Shown here in pieces: positions 8,346 through 17,900 of a stretch of 64,000 nucleotides of DNA. Origin of the DNA: a virus. Lineage: Duplodnaviria; Heunggongvirae; Uroviricota; Caudoviricetes. Every line of letters begins with the position of its first letter. Within the stretch, counting starts at the first letter, position 1. The translations under genes were made by a program, and so were the position numbers. The stretch lies in IMG/VR virus record IMGVR_UViG_3300042940_001739. One strand, written 5' to 3'. The notes under the pieces were generated by a model that saw only the letters and a program-made list of their open reading frames with translations, was not told the origin of the DNA and did not search any database.

Positions 8346-9374
8346 ATGATAAGATTCGGTTATGCCTGCATCAACACAGAGTTGAGTGCAAAAAATATTC
8401 GCACAGGTCGAACAATGATTGACAAAAAGTTTCAACAAGGTGGTTTACAATTGGCCGGCGAGATTGCATTAGCAAATGCCCGTGACTTGTTAACTATTCT
8501 AGAATGGAATGAAGCAAATGGCATTACATTGTTTCGTTTGGGTTCAGAATTATTTCCTAGGTGGAATCATTATCGCCTAGAAGAACTTCCGCAGATTGCA
8601 GAAATTGCACAACATCTTCGTGCAGCAGGTGATTATGCTAAGGCTCATAACCATCGCATTACAACCCACCCTGGTCCATTTCATATTCTAGGTAGTCCGC
8701 AAGACCATGTTGTTGATAATAGTTTGGTTAGTTTAGAACGCCATTCTGAATTATTTGATATGATGGGCTTTGCTCCTAGCTTTGAAAACAAGATCAATAT
8801 TCATATTGGTTCTACTTATGGCGACAAAGATGCTACAATTGAGCGTTGGTTGCAAAATTACGATCGTTTGTCAGATTCATGCAAAGCTCGTTTAGTTATC
8901 GAGAATGATGACAAGGCATCAATGTATTCAGTGCGTGACTTATATGAGCGTGTTCATTCTCAAATTGATATTCCAATTACATTTGATTATTGGCACCACA
9001 CTTTCAATACCGGTGATTTGTCTGAAGAAGAAGCCTTTTTGATGGCTCGTAGCACTTGGCAGAAGCATGGTGTGACTCAATGTACCCATTATTCAGAATC
9101 TCGTCGTAGAGAGTATCAAACCATGGTAGAACGTATGTTTGAGCATCATGGTATCTCTATGGATAACATTGAAGATTATCCAACCTTCCACAAACAATAC
9201 AAAGAATTTACCAAGATCAAAGAACAGGCTCATGCTGACTTTATTTTAGACTTACCAAAGTCTTATGGCGTTGATGATTTAGATATTATGGTAGAAGCAA
9301 AGGCAAAAGAGCAGGCTTTGATGCGTGTAGGCGTAGAATGCACTCAAAATAGGGCATTGATTTTAGAATCTTAA
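8346..9374 (+). CDS. uvsE: UV damage endonuclease (UvdE/UvsE family)
   Basis: RFGYACIN, LFRLGSELFP, RITTHPGPF, NIHIG, LVIENDD, ITFDYWHH, HYSES, HADF and IMVEAKAKE motifs. Confidence 0.95.
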   Translation: MIRFGYACINTELSAKNIRTGRTMIDKKFQQGGLQLAGEIALANARDLLTILEWNEANGITLFRLGSELFPRWNHYRLEELPQIAEIAQHLRAAGDYAKAHNHRITTHPGPFHILGSPQDHVVDNSLVSLERHSELFDMMGFAPSFENKINIHIGSTYGDKDATIERWLQNYDRLSDSCKARLVIENDDKASMYSVRDLYERVHSQIDIPITFDYWHHTFNTGDLSEEEAFLMARSTWQKHGVTQCTHYSESRRREYQTMVERMFEHHGISMDNIEDYPTFHKQYKEFTKIKEQAHADFILDLPKSYGVDDLDIMVEAKAKEQALMRVGVECTQNRALILES

Positions 9375-9399
9375 TATTTATAATAAAGGAAATAAAGTT

Positions 9400-9579
9400 A
9401 TGGCACATTACAAATTCAAAGCAAAAATTACAGACGATATCGAAGATGCTCGAGAAATTGTTAGAGTTACTGGCAAAATGTTAGAAGAGGGTAAAATAGA
9501 TAAAGAATCTGCTCTAGACAATTTGTCAAGAGCTTTAAAGAAATTAGATTCAGCCCGTTATTATATTGATCGCGAATAA
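9400..9579 (+). CDS. Small helical hypothetical protein (59 aa)
   Basis: Manual translation MAHYKFKAKITDDIEDAREIV...YYIDRE*; ATATTTATA at 9374 and AAGGA at 9386. Confidence 0.7.
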   Translation: MAHYKFKAKITDDIEDAREIVRVTGKMLEEGKIDKESALDNLSRALKKLDSARYYIDRE

Positions 9580-9593
9580 TTAAACTTTAATTT

Positions 9594-9761
9594 ATGGCAA
9601 AAAAAGCAAGACTTGCTCCCAATCAACGTGGGTTTAAAAAATTACAATGTAAATATTGTGATAACATCTGTGAACGAGTTGATAACAATGCAACTTCGGT
9701 AACTTGTTGGCAATGTACCCAACGATTAGTTAACGGAGAAAAATTGGAAATCAAAAAATAA
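9594..9761 (+). CDS. Small zinc-ribbon protein (55 aa)
   Basis: Manual translation containing CKYC...CWQC. Confidence 0.7.
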   Translation: MAKKARLAPNQRGFKKLQCKYCDNICERVDNNATSVTCWQCTQRLVNGEKLEIKK

Positions 9762-9789
9762 TTCATTATAATATTAGTAAAACTAATTT

Positions 9790-10575
9790 ATGTTAGAAGC
9801 AGAAAAAATAAAATCAAATTGGGAAGAATATCGCAATCGTGTTAACACATTGTTTCCAACCCGTAAAGATGCATTAAATAAAATGTATGATATGTTTGAA
9901 GAAAGAATGGTATTTATGCCAGCTTCTTCAATGGAACATTTTCATAATGCATTTGCCGGAGGATATGTTGACCACGTACTTCGTGTTATGGATTGTGTTG
10001 AATCACTTCATGCCACGTGGAGTGCTGCTGGTGCAGATATGTCTGGATATACTCTTGAAGAAATGATGTTTGCAGCAATGCACCACGATTTAGGTAAAGC
10101 AGGTTTCCCAGGCGATGGCAATGAAGTATATCAAGTTGAAACTTCGGATTGGCATAGAAAAAATCAAGGTAAACTTTATAAAACCAATTCAGCAATTCCA
10201 TTTGCAATGGTACCGGACCTATCAGTTTGGTTGTTACAAGAATATGGAGTTAAGATGACTTGGAATGAATATCAAGCAATTAAGATTCATGATGGAATGT
10301 ATGATGATGCAAATAAACCATACTTTGTTGCTCGTGCGCCCCAAGCAAAATTAAAAACAAATTTACCGGTTATTTTGCACCATGCAGATCATATGGCATC
10401 AATTATTGAGTATGAGCGTTGGAAACGTTTAAAAGACGGCACTCCTGCTCCGGTAGTTGAAAAGTCAAAAGCTACAAAAAGTAATGGATTGAAAAACTTA
10501 GCAGAATCGAATCCAAATGTTGAACAAGCCTTAACAGATATATCAAGTATCTTTGGAGCATTTAATAACGATTGA
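9790..10575 (+). CDS. HD-domain phosphohydrolase
   Basis: FHNAFAGGYVDHVLRV, AMHHDLGK, IHDG and LHHAD motifs. Confidence 0.9.
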   Translation: MLEAEKIKSNWEEYRNRVNTLFPTRKDALNKMYDMFEERMVFMPASSMEHFHNAFAGGYVDHVLRVMDCVESLHATWSAAGADMSGYTLEEMMFAAMHHDLGKAGFPGDGNEVYQVETSDWHRKNQGKLYKTNSAIPFAMVPDLSVWLLQEYGVKMTWNEYQAIKIHDGMYDDANKPYFVARAPQAKLKTNLPVILHHADHMASIIEYERWKRLKDGTPAPVVEKSKATKSNGLKNLAESNPNVEQALTDISSIFGAFNND

Positions 10576-10874
10576 TTATGATTATATTATATATAGTATG
10601 TTCCATTCTGTTTGGAAGTGCAGCTTATTTTATGTATCGTGCTTATTATTTAGCGGGAGCATTAGCAGAAGCACAAGAATATATTGAAGAGCTTGAAGTT
10701 ACTAATACATATATGTTTGGTAAAATTGAAGATTCATATAACACGATGCAAGAAATTGACCGTTTAGGTTCTTTTGAAGCAGAAGATGAAGCAGGAACAA
10801 CATTCCAGATGTTGAAAGAAACAATAACAGAACTAAAAGATTTATTCGATGGCGAAGCGCAAGAAAAAAAGTAA
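10572..10874 (+). CDS. Membrane-anchored coiled-coil protein
   Basis: N-terminal TM segment then acidic helix. Confidence 0.7.
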   Translation: MIMIILYIVCSILFGSAAYFMYRAYYLAGALAEAQEYIEELEVTNTYMFGKIEDSYNTMQEIDRLGSFEAEDEAGTTFQMLKETITELKDLFDGEAQEKK

Positions 10875-11550
10875 TGTATACTTTACTAAAATAACAGACC
10901 TTGCGATTACCGCATATAATGGTATCGAAGATGACCGAGTAAAACGTGAAAAGATTTATCGAAGATTTATCTATCCGGCCTTCATGAAGTTAGCAGAAAA
11001 TCTTATTAATAAAGTTAAACCAACTTATATTGATTCTTCGTTTGTTGATTTACAAACAGATCTAGTAACATATTTAACAGAACGTTTAAATAAATTTAAG
11101 CCAGATTCTGGAAAAGCATATTCTTATTATACTAGAACATCTTTTAATTATTTGATTGCTGAAAATCAAAAAGCGTATGCTAAATTAAAAGCCGATACAA
11201 TGGAATTAGACATTGACGAACAGCGTAATATTATTACAGAGATTCATAATGATGAAATGCGTGAGACGTTAAAATATTTTATGGATGCGTATATTGAATA
11301 TTGTTATGACAATCTAAATTACATTTTTTCGAATGGGACAGATATACATGTTGCAGACTCAATTCTTCATATTTTTGAAACTCGAGAAAACATTGAAGAC
11401 TTCAATAAAAAAGCGTTGTATATTTTTATCCGGGAGCGTACGGGATTAGAAACAAACAATATTACACGTGTCATTAAAACACTTAAACAAATATACACAG
11501 ACAAATTCCTTGAATATGAACGTTCAAACTTCGTAAATCTGCCTTTTTGA
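10849..11550 (+). CDS. Putative phage RNA polymerase sigma factor (sigma70 region 2 / T4 gp55-like)
   Basis: LAENLINK, DLQTD, KFKPDSGKAYSYYTRTSFNYLI resemble sigma region 2 of T4-like late sigmas. Confidence 0.65.
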   Translation: MAKRKKKSNVYFTKITDLAITAYNGIEDDRVKREKIYRRFIYPAFMKLAENLINKVKPTYIDSSFVDLQTDLVTYLTERLNKFKPDSGKAYSYYTRTSFNYLIAENQKAYAKLKADTMELDIDEQRNIITEIHNDEMRETLKYFMDAYIEYCYDNLNYIFSNGTDIHVADSILHIFETRENIEDFNKKALYIFIRERTGLETNNITRVIKTLKQIYTDKFLEYERSNFVNLPF

Positions 11551-11558
11551 TATTTATA
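11550..11558 (+). promoter_or_regulatory. Putative late promoter ATATTTAT(A/T), representative of 22 copies
   Basis: Sense-oriented just upstream of operon starts at + 2225, 9374, 11550, 13893, 22749, 24754, 26909, 33277, 36232, 38768, 42600, 44480, 47688, 50557, 51540, 56840, 57121, 58675, 63649 and - 4430, 6385, 8266. Confidence 0.65.
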
Positions 11559-11574
11559 TTAAAGGATTTACGAT

Positions 11575-12009
11575 ATGGACAAGAATGATGAAATATTTAA
11601 AGGCACATCTTTTGCTGACTTAATGTCCGATGTCTATCACAATTCTAAAAAGAAAGATAGACAAATCAACCAACTTATATCACAGCTTCAGCCACTTATC
11701 CGTAATGCATCAGATGCAACGGTTATAGTGCCACTGATAAAAGAATACTTAGACGTAGCAGTTAAGAATGACGATCACCTCGTTAAACTTACTGCTATCG
11801 TTCAACGTTTTATTTCTACAAAACAAACAATTGCAGGAGCAGACGGTTTGTTAAGTGAAGAAGAAAAACAGCAATTAATGAAGATTGCTGAGAAAACAAT
11901 GACTGCTGAGTTAGAAGATGAACTAGACTCAATCGATCAAGAAGATATTGCATTACAAGAGCGTATTACGGCCGTAAAAAGTAAATTAGAGAAGGAACCA
12001 GGTGCGTAA
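11575..12009 (+). CDS. Helical hypothetical protein (possible small terminase subunit)
   Basis: All-alpha 144 aa, first gene after late-type motif at 11550; function is a guess. Confidence 0.4.
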   Translation: MDKNDEIFKGTSFADLMSDVYHNSKKKDRQINQLISQLQPLIRNASDATVIVPLIKEYLDVAVKNDDHLVKLTAIVQRFISTKQTIAGADGLLSEEEKQQLMKIAEKTMTAELEDELDSIDQEDIALQERITAVKSKLEKEPGA

Positions 12010-13027
12010 TATTGAATTCGACGTAGCTGAAGTTTTAGCATACGATGATACGTATCAGTATATTCCCGCGGATCAATCTAATACTACAGTTAATAATTTA
12101 TTTGCATTAAAAGTTAGATCTTGCAGTGAATATTACAACCAAAAAGAATTCATTGTTAAGCCTTCTAATATCAATATGAAACAAATTCCGTTAGTAGGAG
12201 AATTTGTTTTGATTTATAAAACATTTAATCAACAATCAACTCCATCTAGATGGCGTGAGCAATGGTACTACATAACATCGATCGATGTTCATTCGTCAAT
12301 TAACGAAAACATGTTACCCGGAATGTCATCTGATTTGACTCAAACTCAAATTGATGCAATTAAACCAGGATATACATTTAATCAAAAATCTGTATCTCCA
12401 TTACAACCATATGAAGGAGATTTTTTATTAGAAGGTCGTTGGAGCAATAGTATACGTTTTGGTAGTTCACTTAATTATACTGCAGGTAAATACAGTGTAG
12501 AACCAGTTTGGAAGTCAAATGCTATAGGTGATCCAATCATAATAATATCTAATGGCAGAATAAATAAACCAAACAAACAATTTGTAAATGAAAACATTGA
12601 ACAAGATGCTTCGTCAGTTTATTTAACTAGCACACAAAATATACCTACACTCAAATTAGGTGATAAAAATTCGCCTAATTCATTATCTTGTTTTTTACCA
12701 AATGAATCACAATTTGCAAGCTCACAATTTATTGGAACAGCAGACCGTGTTATTTTAAAAGCAAAAACAGATATCGTTGTAATTGATTCTCCTCGTGCAA
12801 TTATATTGAATACTACGGGAGATATAAAACTAGGAAATGATGAAGCTGCATCTAATATGGTGCATGGCGATGTTTTATTAAAAGTCTTACAAAAAATATT
12901 GAGCCAATTAAGTTCGCCAATTCAGTGTGGTACAATGGTTGGCACATTTATAGATCAATCTAATAGAATTTCTGCTCAACAAGAATTACAAAATCTATTA
13001 AGTCAAAAATATTATTTAAGTAAATAA
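12002..13027 (+). CDS. Baseplate hub/central spike protein (gp5/Gp138-like)
   Basis: QIPLVGEFVLI OB-like N-terminus; QPYEGDFLLEGRWSNSIRFGS; C-terminal short beta repeats with VHGD. Confidence 0.65.
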   Translation: MRNIEFDVAEVLAYDDTYQYIPADQSNTTVNNLFALKVRSCSEYYNQKEFIVKPSNINMKQIPLVGEFVLIYKTFNQQSTPSRWREQWYYITSIDVHSSINENMLPGMSSDLTQTQIDAIKPGYTFNQKSVSPLQPYEGDFLLEGRWSNSIRFGSSLNYTAGKYSVEPVWKSNAIGDPIIIISNGRINKPNKQFVNENIEQDASSVYLTSTQNIPTLKLGDKNSPNSLSCFLPNESQFASSQFIGTADRVILKAKTDIVVIDSPRAIILNTTGDIKLGNDEAASNMVHGDVLLKVLQKILSQLSSPIQCGTMVGTFIDQSNRISAQQELQNLLSQKYYLSK

Positions 13028-13035
13028 GGAAAGTT

Positions 13036-13887
13036 ATGAGTGCAGTAGTTCCACCATTAGATTTTATACCAAAACTACCAGGTAAAGCTGTTTCAGAAGT
13101 TATGAAACAACTTGATACACAAACAGACAAATTAGCTGAGCAAGTAGCTAAAACAGTAGAAGACTCGGTTAAGTTACCAGCTAGTGCACAATGTGATGAT
13201 CCGCGAGTTAAAAAAATTAAAGATCAATTAGCTGAAGTTCAAGAGCAAATTACTAAAGTTCAAGAAACTATACCTAAAATTCAAAAAACAATTGAAACGG
13301 TTAAACAAGTTGTAGCTGTGGCGCAAGGTATTAAAACTGCAATATCAATTGCACAGTTGAGTAATCCAATTACTGCGGCCTCATTTATTGCTGGACAATT
13401 AACGGCTATACAAGATGCAACAATTGTTAATGCAATTGAATCGTTGAATCAATTTTCAACAATACCAGCAACACTTACATCTAAATTAGCAACAATTGTT
13501 CCGCCACTAACTAATGCTATTAATAAAGTATCAGCTACATGTGGTGAAACAGATTCGGATTTTGAATTACCGGGCAACTTATTAGGTGATGGTCAATTGG
13601 GTGATGATTATGATTATAATGATTTAGTTGCTACTAAATTCTATAATGACGATAATGTATCTGAGTCTGATTTAGATGATCGATCTGATTCAATTGAATC
13701 ATTATTAATACAACAAAGAAGCTTGCTAACGTCATTACAAGAAGCGCCTAGCAAAGTATACCAATCGCCAGGTGTTCCTGCAGGAGATCTAGGTAAAATA
13801 GGTGATTATTATATTGATATACAATCATCAAAGATATATGGGCCTAAGCCTAATACAACTGCGTGGGGACAACCCGTAAATTTATAA
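13036..13887 (+). CDS. Baseplate-region coiled-coil protein
   Basis: Coiled coil; C-terminal GDLGKIGDYYID...IYGPK motif common in phage tail proteins. Confidence 0.55.
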   Translation: MSAVVPPLDFIPKLPGKAVSEVMKQLDTQTDKLAEQVAKTVEDSVKLPASAQCDDPRVKKIKDQLAEVQEQITKVQETIPKIQKTIETVKQVVAVAQGIKTAISIAQLSNPITAASFIAGQLTAIQDATIVNAIESLNQFSTIPATLTSKLATIVPPLTNAINKVSATCGETDSDFELPGNLLGDGQLGDDYDYNDLVATKFYNDDNVSESDLDDRSDSIESLLIQQRSLLTSLQEAPSKVYQSPGVPAGDLGKIGDYYIDIQSSKIYGPKPNTTAWGQPVNL

Positions 13888-13915
13888 TTACAATATTTAT
13901 ATAAAAATAAGTACT

Positions 13916-14446
13916 ATGGATAACAAAACATTTATATTAGCTCTAAAAAAGATAGTCCGAGAAGAATTAAGATCGGTTATTAAACAAGAACTAACTGAGA
14001 TATTGAAAGAAGGTTTAAAACCTACAATTTCAGAAATGAAACAACCTTCGAAAACTAATATGCCTGGGCACAGAACCCCACCACCATCGGCTGCGAAACA
14101 AACTTCAACAAAAAAAGCTGTATTTGCAGAAAATAAATGGGCATCTGTTTTAAATGATACAGACCCATTAATGGAACACCAACCATTAGCAATGAATAGT
14201 TTTTCTGATATGATGAATGAATCATATGATGATCAAATTACCATGACATCAAAAGATGCAGCGGGCTTTGGTATGATGCGTCAAAATATGGCAGCTTCAA
14301 TAGGATTAGCTCCACAAGCTCCTAAAGTGATGGAAGATCCAGAAACAGGTAAGGTATATGATGTTGACCCTAGTGTTGCAGCAGCAATGACTCGTGACTA
14401 TTCAGCAGTGATGAAAGCGATTGACAAGAAAAAAGGAATGGCATAA
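13916..14446 (+). CDS. Hypothetical late protein
   Basis: 176 aa; late-type motif at 13893. Confidence 0.7.
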   Translation: MDNKTFILALKKIVREELRSVIKQELTEILKEGLKPTISEMKQPSKTNMPGHRTPPPSAAKQTSTKKAVFAENKWASVLNDTDPLMEHQPLAMNSFSDMMNESYDDQITMTSKDAAGFGMMRQNMAASIGLAPQAPKVMEDPETGKVYDVDPSVAAAMTRDYSAVMKAIDKKKGMA

Positions 14447-14880
14447 TGGGATATCGTTTAGAATCAATTAATGATGTAACTCAACAAAATGAAGTAGGAT
14501 TAGGTATATCCTTTTCTGCTAATGCATCATTATTTGCTCCTATATATACAACCGATATACAAACTAAAGAAAATCTTAAAACGTTATTATTGACCAGAAT
14601 TGGCGAACGTGTAATGCAACCAACATATGGAACTAATTTAATAACTATTATTTTCGAACCAAACTTATCTAGTTTAAAAACACAAATACAAACATTGATA
14701 CAAGAACCAGTTAATTATTGGTTACCTTATATTAATATTGACTCAATTGACGTTATCACAAATGAGGATGATCCAACGTTGATTCACAACATACAAATAA
14801 CAATAAATTATTCAGTGGATAATTTAGATACGAATACAATAACGATCGTTGGCGATGCTTCTAGTGTTAGAATAGAATAA
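14446..14880 (+). CDS. Baseplate wedge protein, gp25/GPW-like
   Basis: NLKTLLLTRIGERVMQPTYGT...IFEP...YWLPYI motif. Confidence 0.9.
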   Translation: MGYRLESINDVTQQNEVGLGISFSANASLFAPIYTTDIQTKENLKTLLLTRIGERVMQPTYGTNLITIIFEPNLSSLKTQIQTLIQEPVNYWLPYINIDSIDVITNEDDPTLIHNIQITINYSVDNLDTNTITIVGDASSVRIE

Positions 14881-14890
14881 GGTAAATAAA

Positions 14891-16771
14891 ATGGAAATAA
14901 AAAAAGATGTAACATATTTAGGAAAAGATTTTGGACAATTTAGAAACAATCTAATAGAGTTTACAAAACAATACTTTCCAAATACATATACAGATTTCAA
15001 TGAATCATCTCCTGGGATGTTATTTATTGAATTAGCTTCTTATGTAGGCGATGTTTTATCATTTTATGCAGATACTAATTTAAAAGAATCTTTATTAGAA
15101 CAAGCATCCGAACGAGGTAATATATATGATATTGCAAAAACGTTGGGTTATAATCCAAGCAACGTTGTTCCTGCATATGTAGATTTGAATGTATTTCATT
15201 TAGTTCCAGCAATTGGCACGGGAAATAATGTTCGACCTGATTATAATTATGCATTATCAATAAACCCTGGGTTCCGTATAAAACAAAAATCTGGTGCTGC
15301 TGTATTTAGAACGTTGGATTCAATTGACTTTTCATATTCTTCTAGTATTGATAATACCGAAGTAACAATATATGAAAGTGATCCTATAACTAAAACACCT
15401 ACATATTATTTATTAAAGAAAACAGCACGGGCTGTTTCGGGTGAAGTAAAAACAGCAAAGTTTACATTTAATTCACCAATTGCATATGACAAAGTAGTTT
15501 TACCAGAATCTAATGTAATTGAAATTATATCAGTTACTGAGTCTGATGGTGATAATTGGTATGAAGTTCCATATTTAGCTCAAGACACTATTTTTGAAGC
15601 AGTACCAAATTTGGCAGAAAATGATCCTGAGTTAAGTCAGTATCGTTCATCTTCTCCTAGTTTATTAAAACTTCGTAAATCATCTAAACGTTTTATTACA
15701 AGATTAAGAAGTGATAATCGTTTAGAAATGCAGTTCGGGTCAGGTATATCAGATAATAATGATGAAGAAATAATTCCAAATCCGGATAATGTTGGAAATG
15801 GTTTAGCTGGTTTTAGAAAGAATTTAGATGTTGATATAGATCCGTCTAACTTTTTATATACTAGAACTTACGGTCAAGCTCCGTCTAATACTACATTAAC
15901 TGTAACATATACAATTGGAAATGGTATAACAGATAATGTCCCAGCTGGAGAACTTACTGAGGTTGACTTTATTGCATTTAATGATGATGTTAATTCTTCG
16001 ATATCTGCAGGTGTTGTAAATTTCGTTAAGAATACAGTAGCTGTTACGAATCCGAAACCAGCAACAGGAGCTAAAACATCAGACAGTTTGCAAGATATAA
16101 AAAATAATGCTTTAGCAAATTTTGCGACACAGAATCGTTTGGTAACTAGAGATGATTATATTATTCGAGCTTATTCTATGCCATCAAAATTTGGTAGTGT
16201 AGCAAAAGCTTACATTGTGCCAGATGATCAAATTTCACAACAAGATTATCAAGAAACAAAGATTGCTAATCCATTGGCAATGAATATGTATGTTTTAGGA
16301 TTCAATGCATCAAAACAATTAACTGAATTAAATTTAGCAGTTAAAGAAAATTTAAAAACATACTTAAATTATTATCGTATGTTAACAGATGCTATTAATA
16401 TAAAAGATGCATTTATTATTAACATAGGAATTGATTTCGAAATTTCAGTATTGTCTAATTATAATAGTAATGAAGTTTTATTAAAATGTATTAATTCATT
16501 ACGTGATCATTTTAATGTTGATAAATGGCAAATAAACCAACCTATTATAAAATCTGATATTACTAATTTAATTGCAAATGTTAAAGGCGTTCAATCAGTT
16601 GTAGGAGTTAAGATTTCAAATTTATATGAAACTGACTTAAATTATTCTGGTAATGTTTATGATTTACAAACAGCGACAAAAAATGGAATAATTTATCCTT
16701 CATTAGATCCTAGCATCTTTGAAGTTAAATTTCCAAATCAAGATATTAAAGGACGCGTAGTCAACTATTAA
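14891..16771 (+). CDS. Baseplate wedge protein, T4 gp6/baseplate J-like
   Basis: YLGKDFGQFRNNL, YTDFNESSPG, LSFYAD, QNRLVTRDDY motifs. Confidence 0.9.
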   Translation: MEIKKDVTYLGKDFGQFRNNLIEFTKQYFPNTYTDFNESSPGMLFIELASYVGDVLSFYADTNLKESLLEQASERGNIYDIAKTLGYNPSNVVPAYVDLNVFHLVPAIGTGNNVRPDYNYALSINPGFRIKQKSGAAVFRTLDSIDFSYSSSIDNTEVTIYESDPITKTPTYYLLKKTARAVSGEVKTAKFTFNSPIAYDKVVLPESNVIEIISVTESDGDNWYEVPYLAQDTIFEAVPNLAENDPELSQYRSSSPSLLKLRKSSKRFITRLRSDNRLEMQFGSGISDNNDEEIIPNPDNVGNGLAGFRKNLDVDIDPSNFLYTRTYGQAPSNTTLTVTYTIGNGITDNVPAGELTEVDFIAFNDDVNSSISAGVVNFVKNTVAVTNPKPATGAKTSDSLQDIKNNALANFATQNRLVTRDDYIIRAYSMPSKFGSVAKAYIVPDDQISQQDYQETKIANPLAMNMYVLGFNASKQLTELNLAVKENLKTYLNYYRMLTDAINIKDAFIINIGIDFEISVLSNYNSNEVLLKCINSLRDHFNVDKWQINQPIIKSDITNLIANVKGVQSVVGVKISNLYETDLNYSGNVYDLQTATKNGIIYPSLDPSIFEVKFPNQDIKGRVVNY

Positions 16772-16781
16772 GGAATAATAA

Positions 16782-17900
16782 ATGTTTAGAATATTTTATG
16801 CAGAAAAAGATGCAACCTTATTTGAATCAAATCCAACTAAAAATTATGGATTAGATCAAGTACTAGAAATTGGCAAAAAATTTAATACTGAAGGCGACAC
16901 TTTATTAAAATCTAGAAGCCTTATAAAATTTGATATGACTGAAATTTCAGAATCATTATCATTATATGGAAAAACTGTAAATGATTGTAAATTTATATTG
17001 CAGTTATATACATCATATGCTAAAAATTTGCCATCTGAATATTCTATTCATTCTAAATTAGTAGCTCAAAATTGGATAAATGGTACTGGTGACTCAATAT
17101 CGAATACCATCGATGGTGTAACTTGGAATGGACCATATTCTGGGTCATTATGGGTTTCTTCAAGTCAGCAACAACAAATTGGATCTAGTACATTATATAT
17201 TTCAGGTTCTGGGGCTGGAGGTAGTTGGATGTTTCAGTCAGCAAGTGCTGGGTCAACAGCTGGTCTTATTAATTCACAATCATTTTCATATCAAACAACT
17301 GATATTAATTTAGATGTAACTGATTCAGTAAAAATTTGGATGAGCGGTAGTGGCGGAGCTAGTATTCCTAATAATGGATTTTTATTGCAGCTATCGGATT
17401 CTGATGAAGCTGATACTAATATTCAAGGATACATTAGATATTTTAGTAGAGATACCCACACAATATATGTTCCTAGATTAACAATGTACTTTGATAATAG
17501 TGCGTTTACAACGGGATCATTGACGTCAGTTGATTTAGAATCATATGTTGTATACACTAAAGTAAAACCAACATATAAAGATACTGAGATTGCAAAAATT
17601 AGAATTTACGCTCGCGATAAATATCCTAGAAAATCTCCAACTAATCTTTTCCCTATAGAGACTATAAAATATTTACCAACAACTACTTATTATGCGGTTT
17701 ATGATGCAGCAACAGATGAAGCTATAATTCCGTATGACAATATTTATAATAAAGTAAGTTGCGATTCTACTAGTAATTACATCTACCTAGATATGAATGG
17801 TTTTATGCCTGAGCGAACATATCGTTTAGAAATAAAAATCAAAGATGGGTTCACTGAGCAGTATATCGACAATGACATTTATTTTAAAGTAGTCAGATAA
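16782..17900 (+). CDS. Virion structural protein (DNRLRE-like beta domain)
   Basis: KDATLFE...NYGLDQVLEIGK, RSLIKFD, NNGFLL, FSRDTHTIYVPRL. Confidence 0.6.
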   Translation: MFRIFYAEKDATLFESNPTKNYGLDQVLEIGKKFNTEGDTLLKSRSLIKFDMTEISESLSLYGKTVNDCKFILQLYTSYAKNLPSEYSIHSKLVAQNWINGTGDSISNTIDGVTWNGPYSGSLWVSSSQQQQIGSSTLYISGSGAGGSWMFQSASAGSTAGLINSQSFSYQTTDINLDVTDSVKIWMSGSGGASIPNNGFLLQLSDSDEADTNIQGYIRYFSRDTHTIYVPRLTMYFDNSAFTTGSLTSVDLESYVVYTKVKPTYKDTEIAKIRIYARDKYPRKSPTNLFPIETIKYLPTTTYYAVYDAATDEAIIPYDNIYNKVSCDSTSNYIYLDMNGFMPERTYRLEIKIKDGFTEQYIDNDIYFKVVR

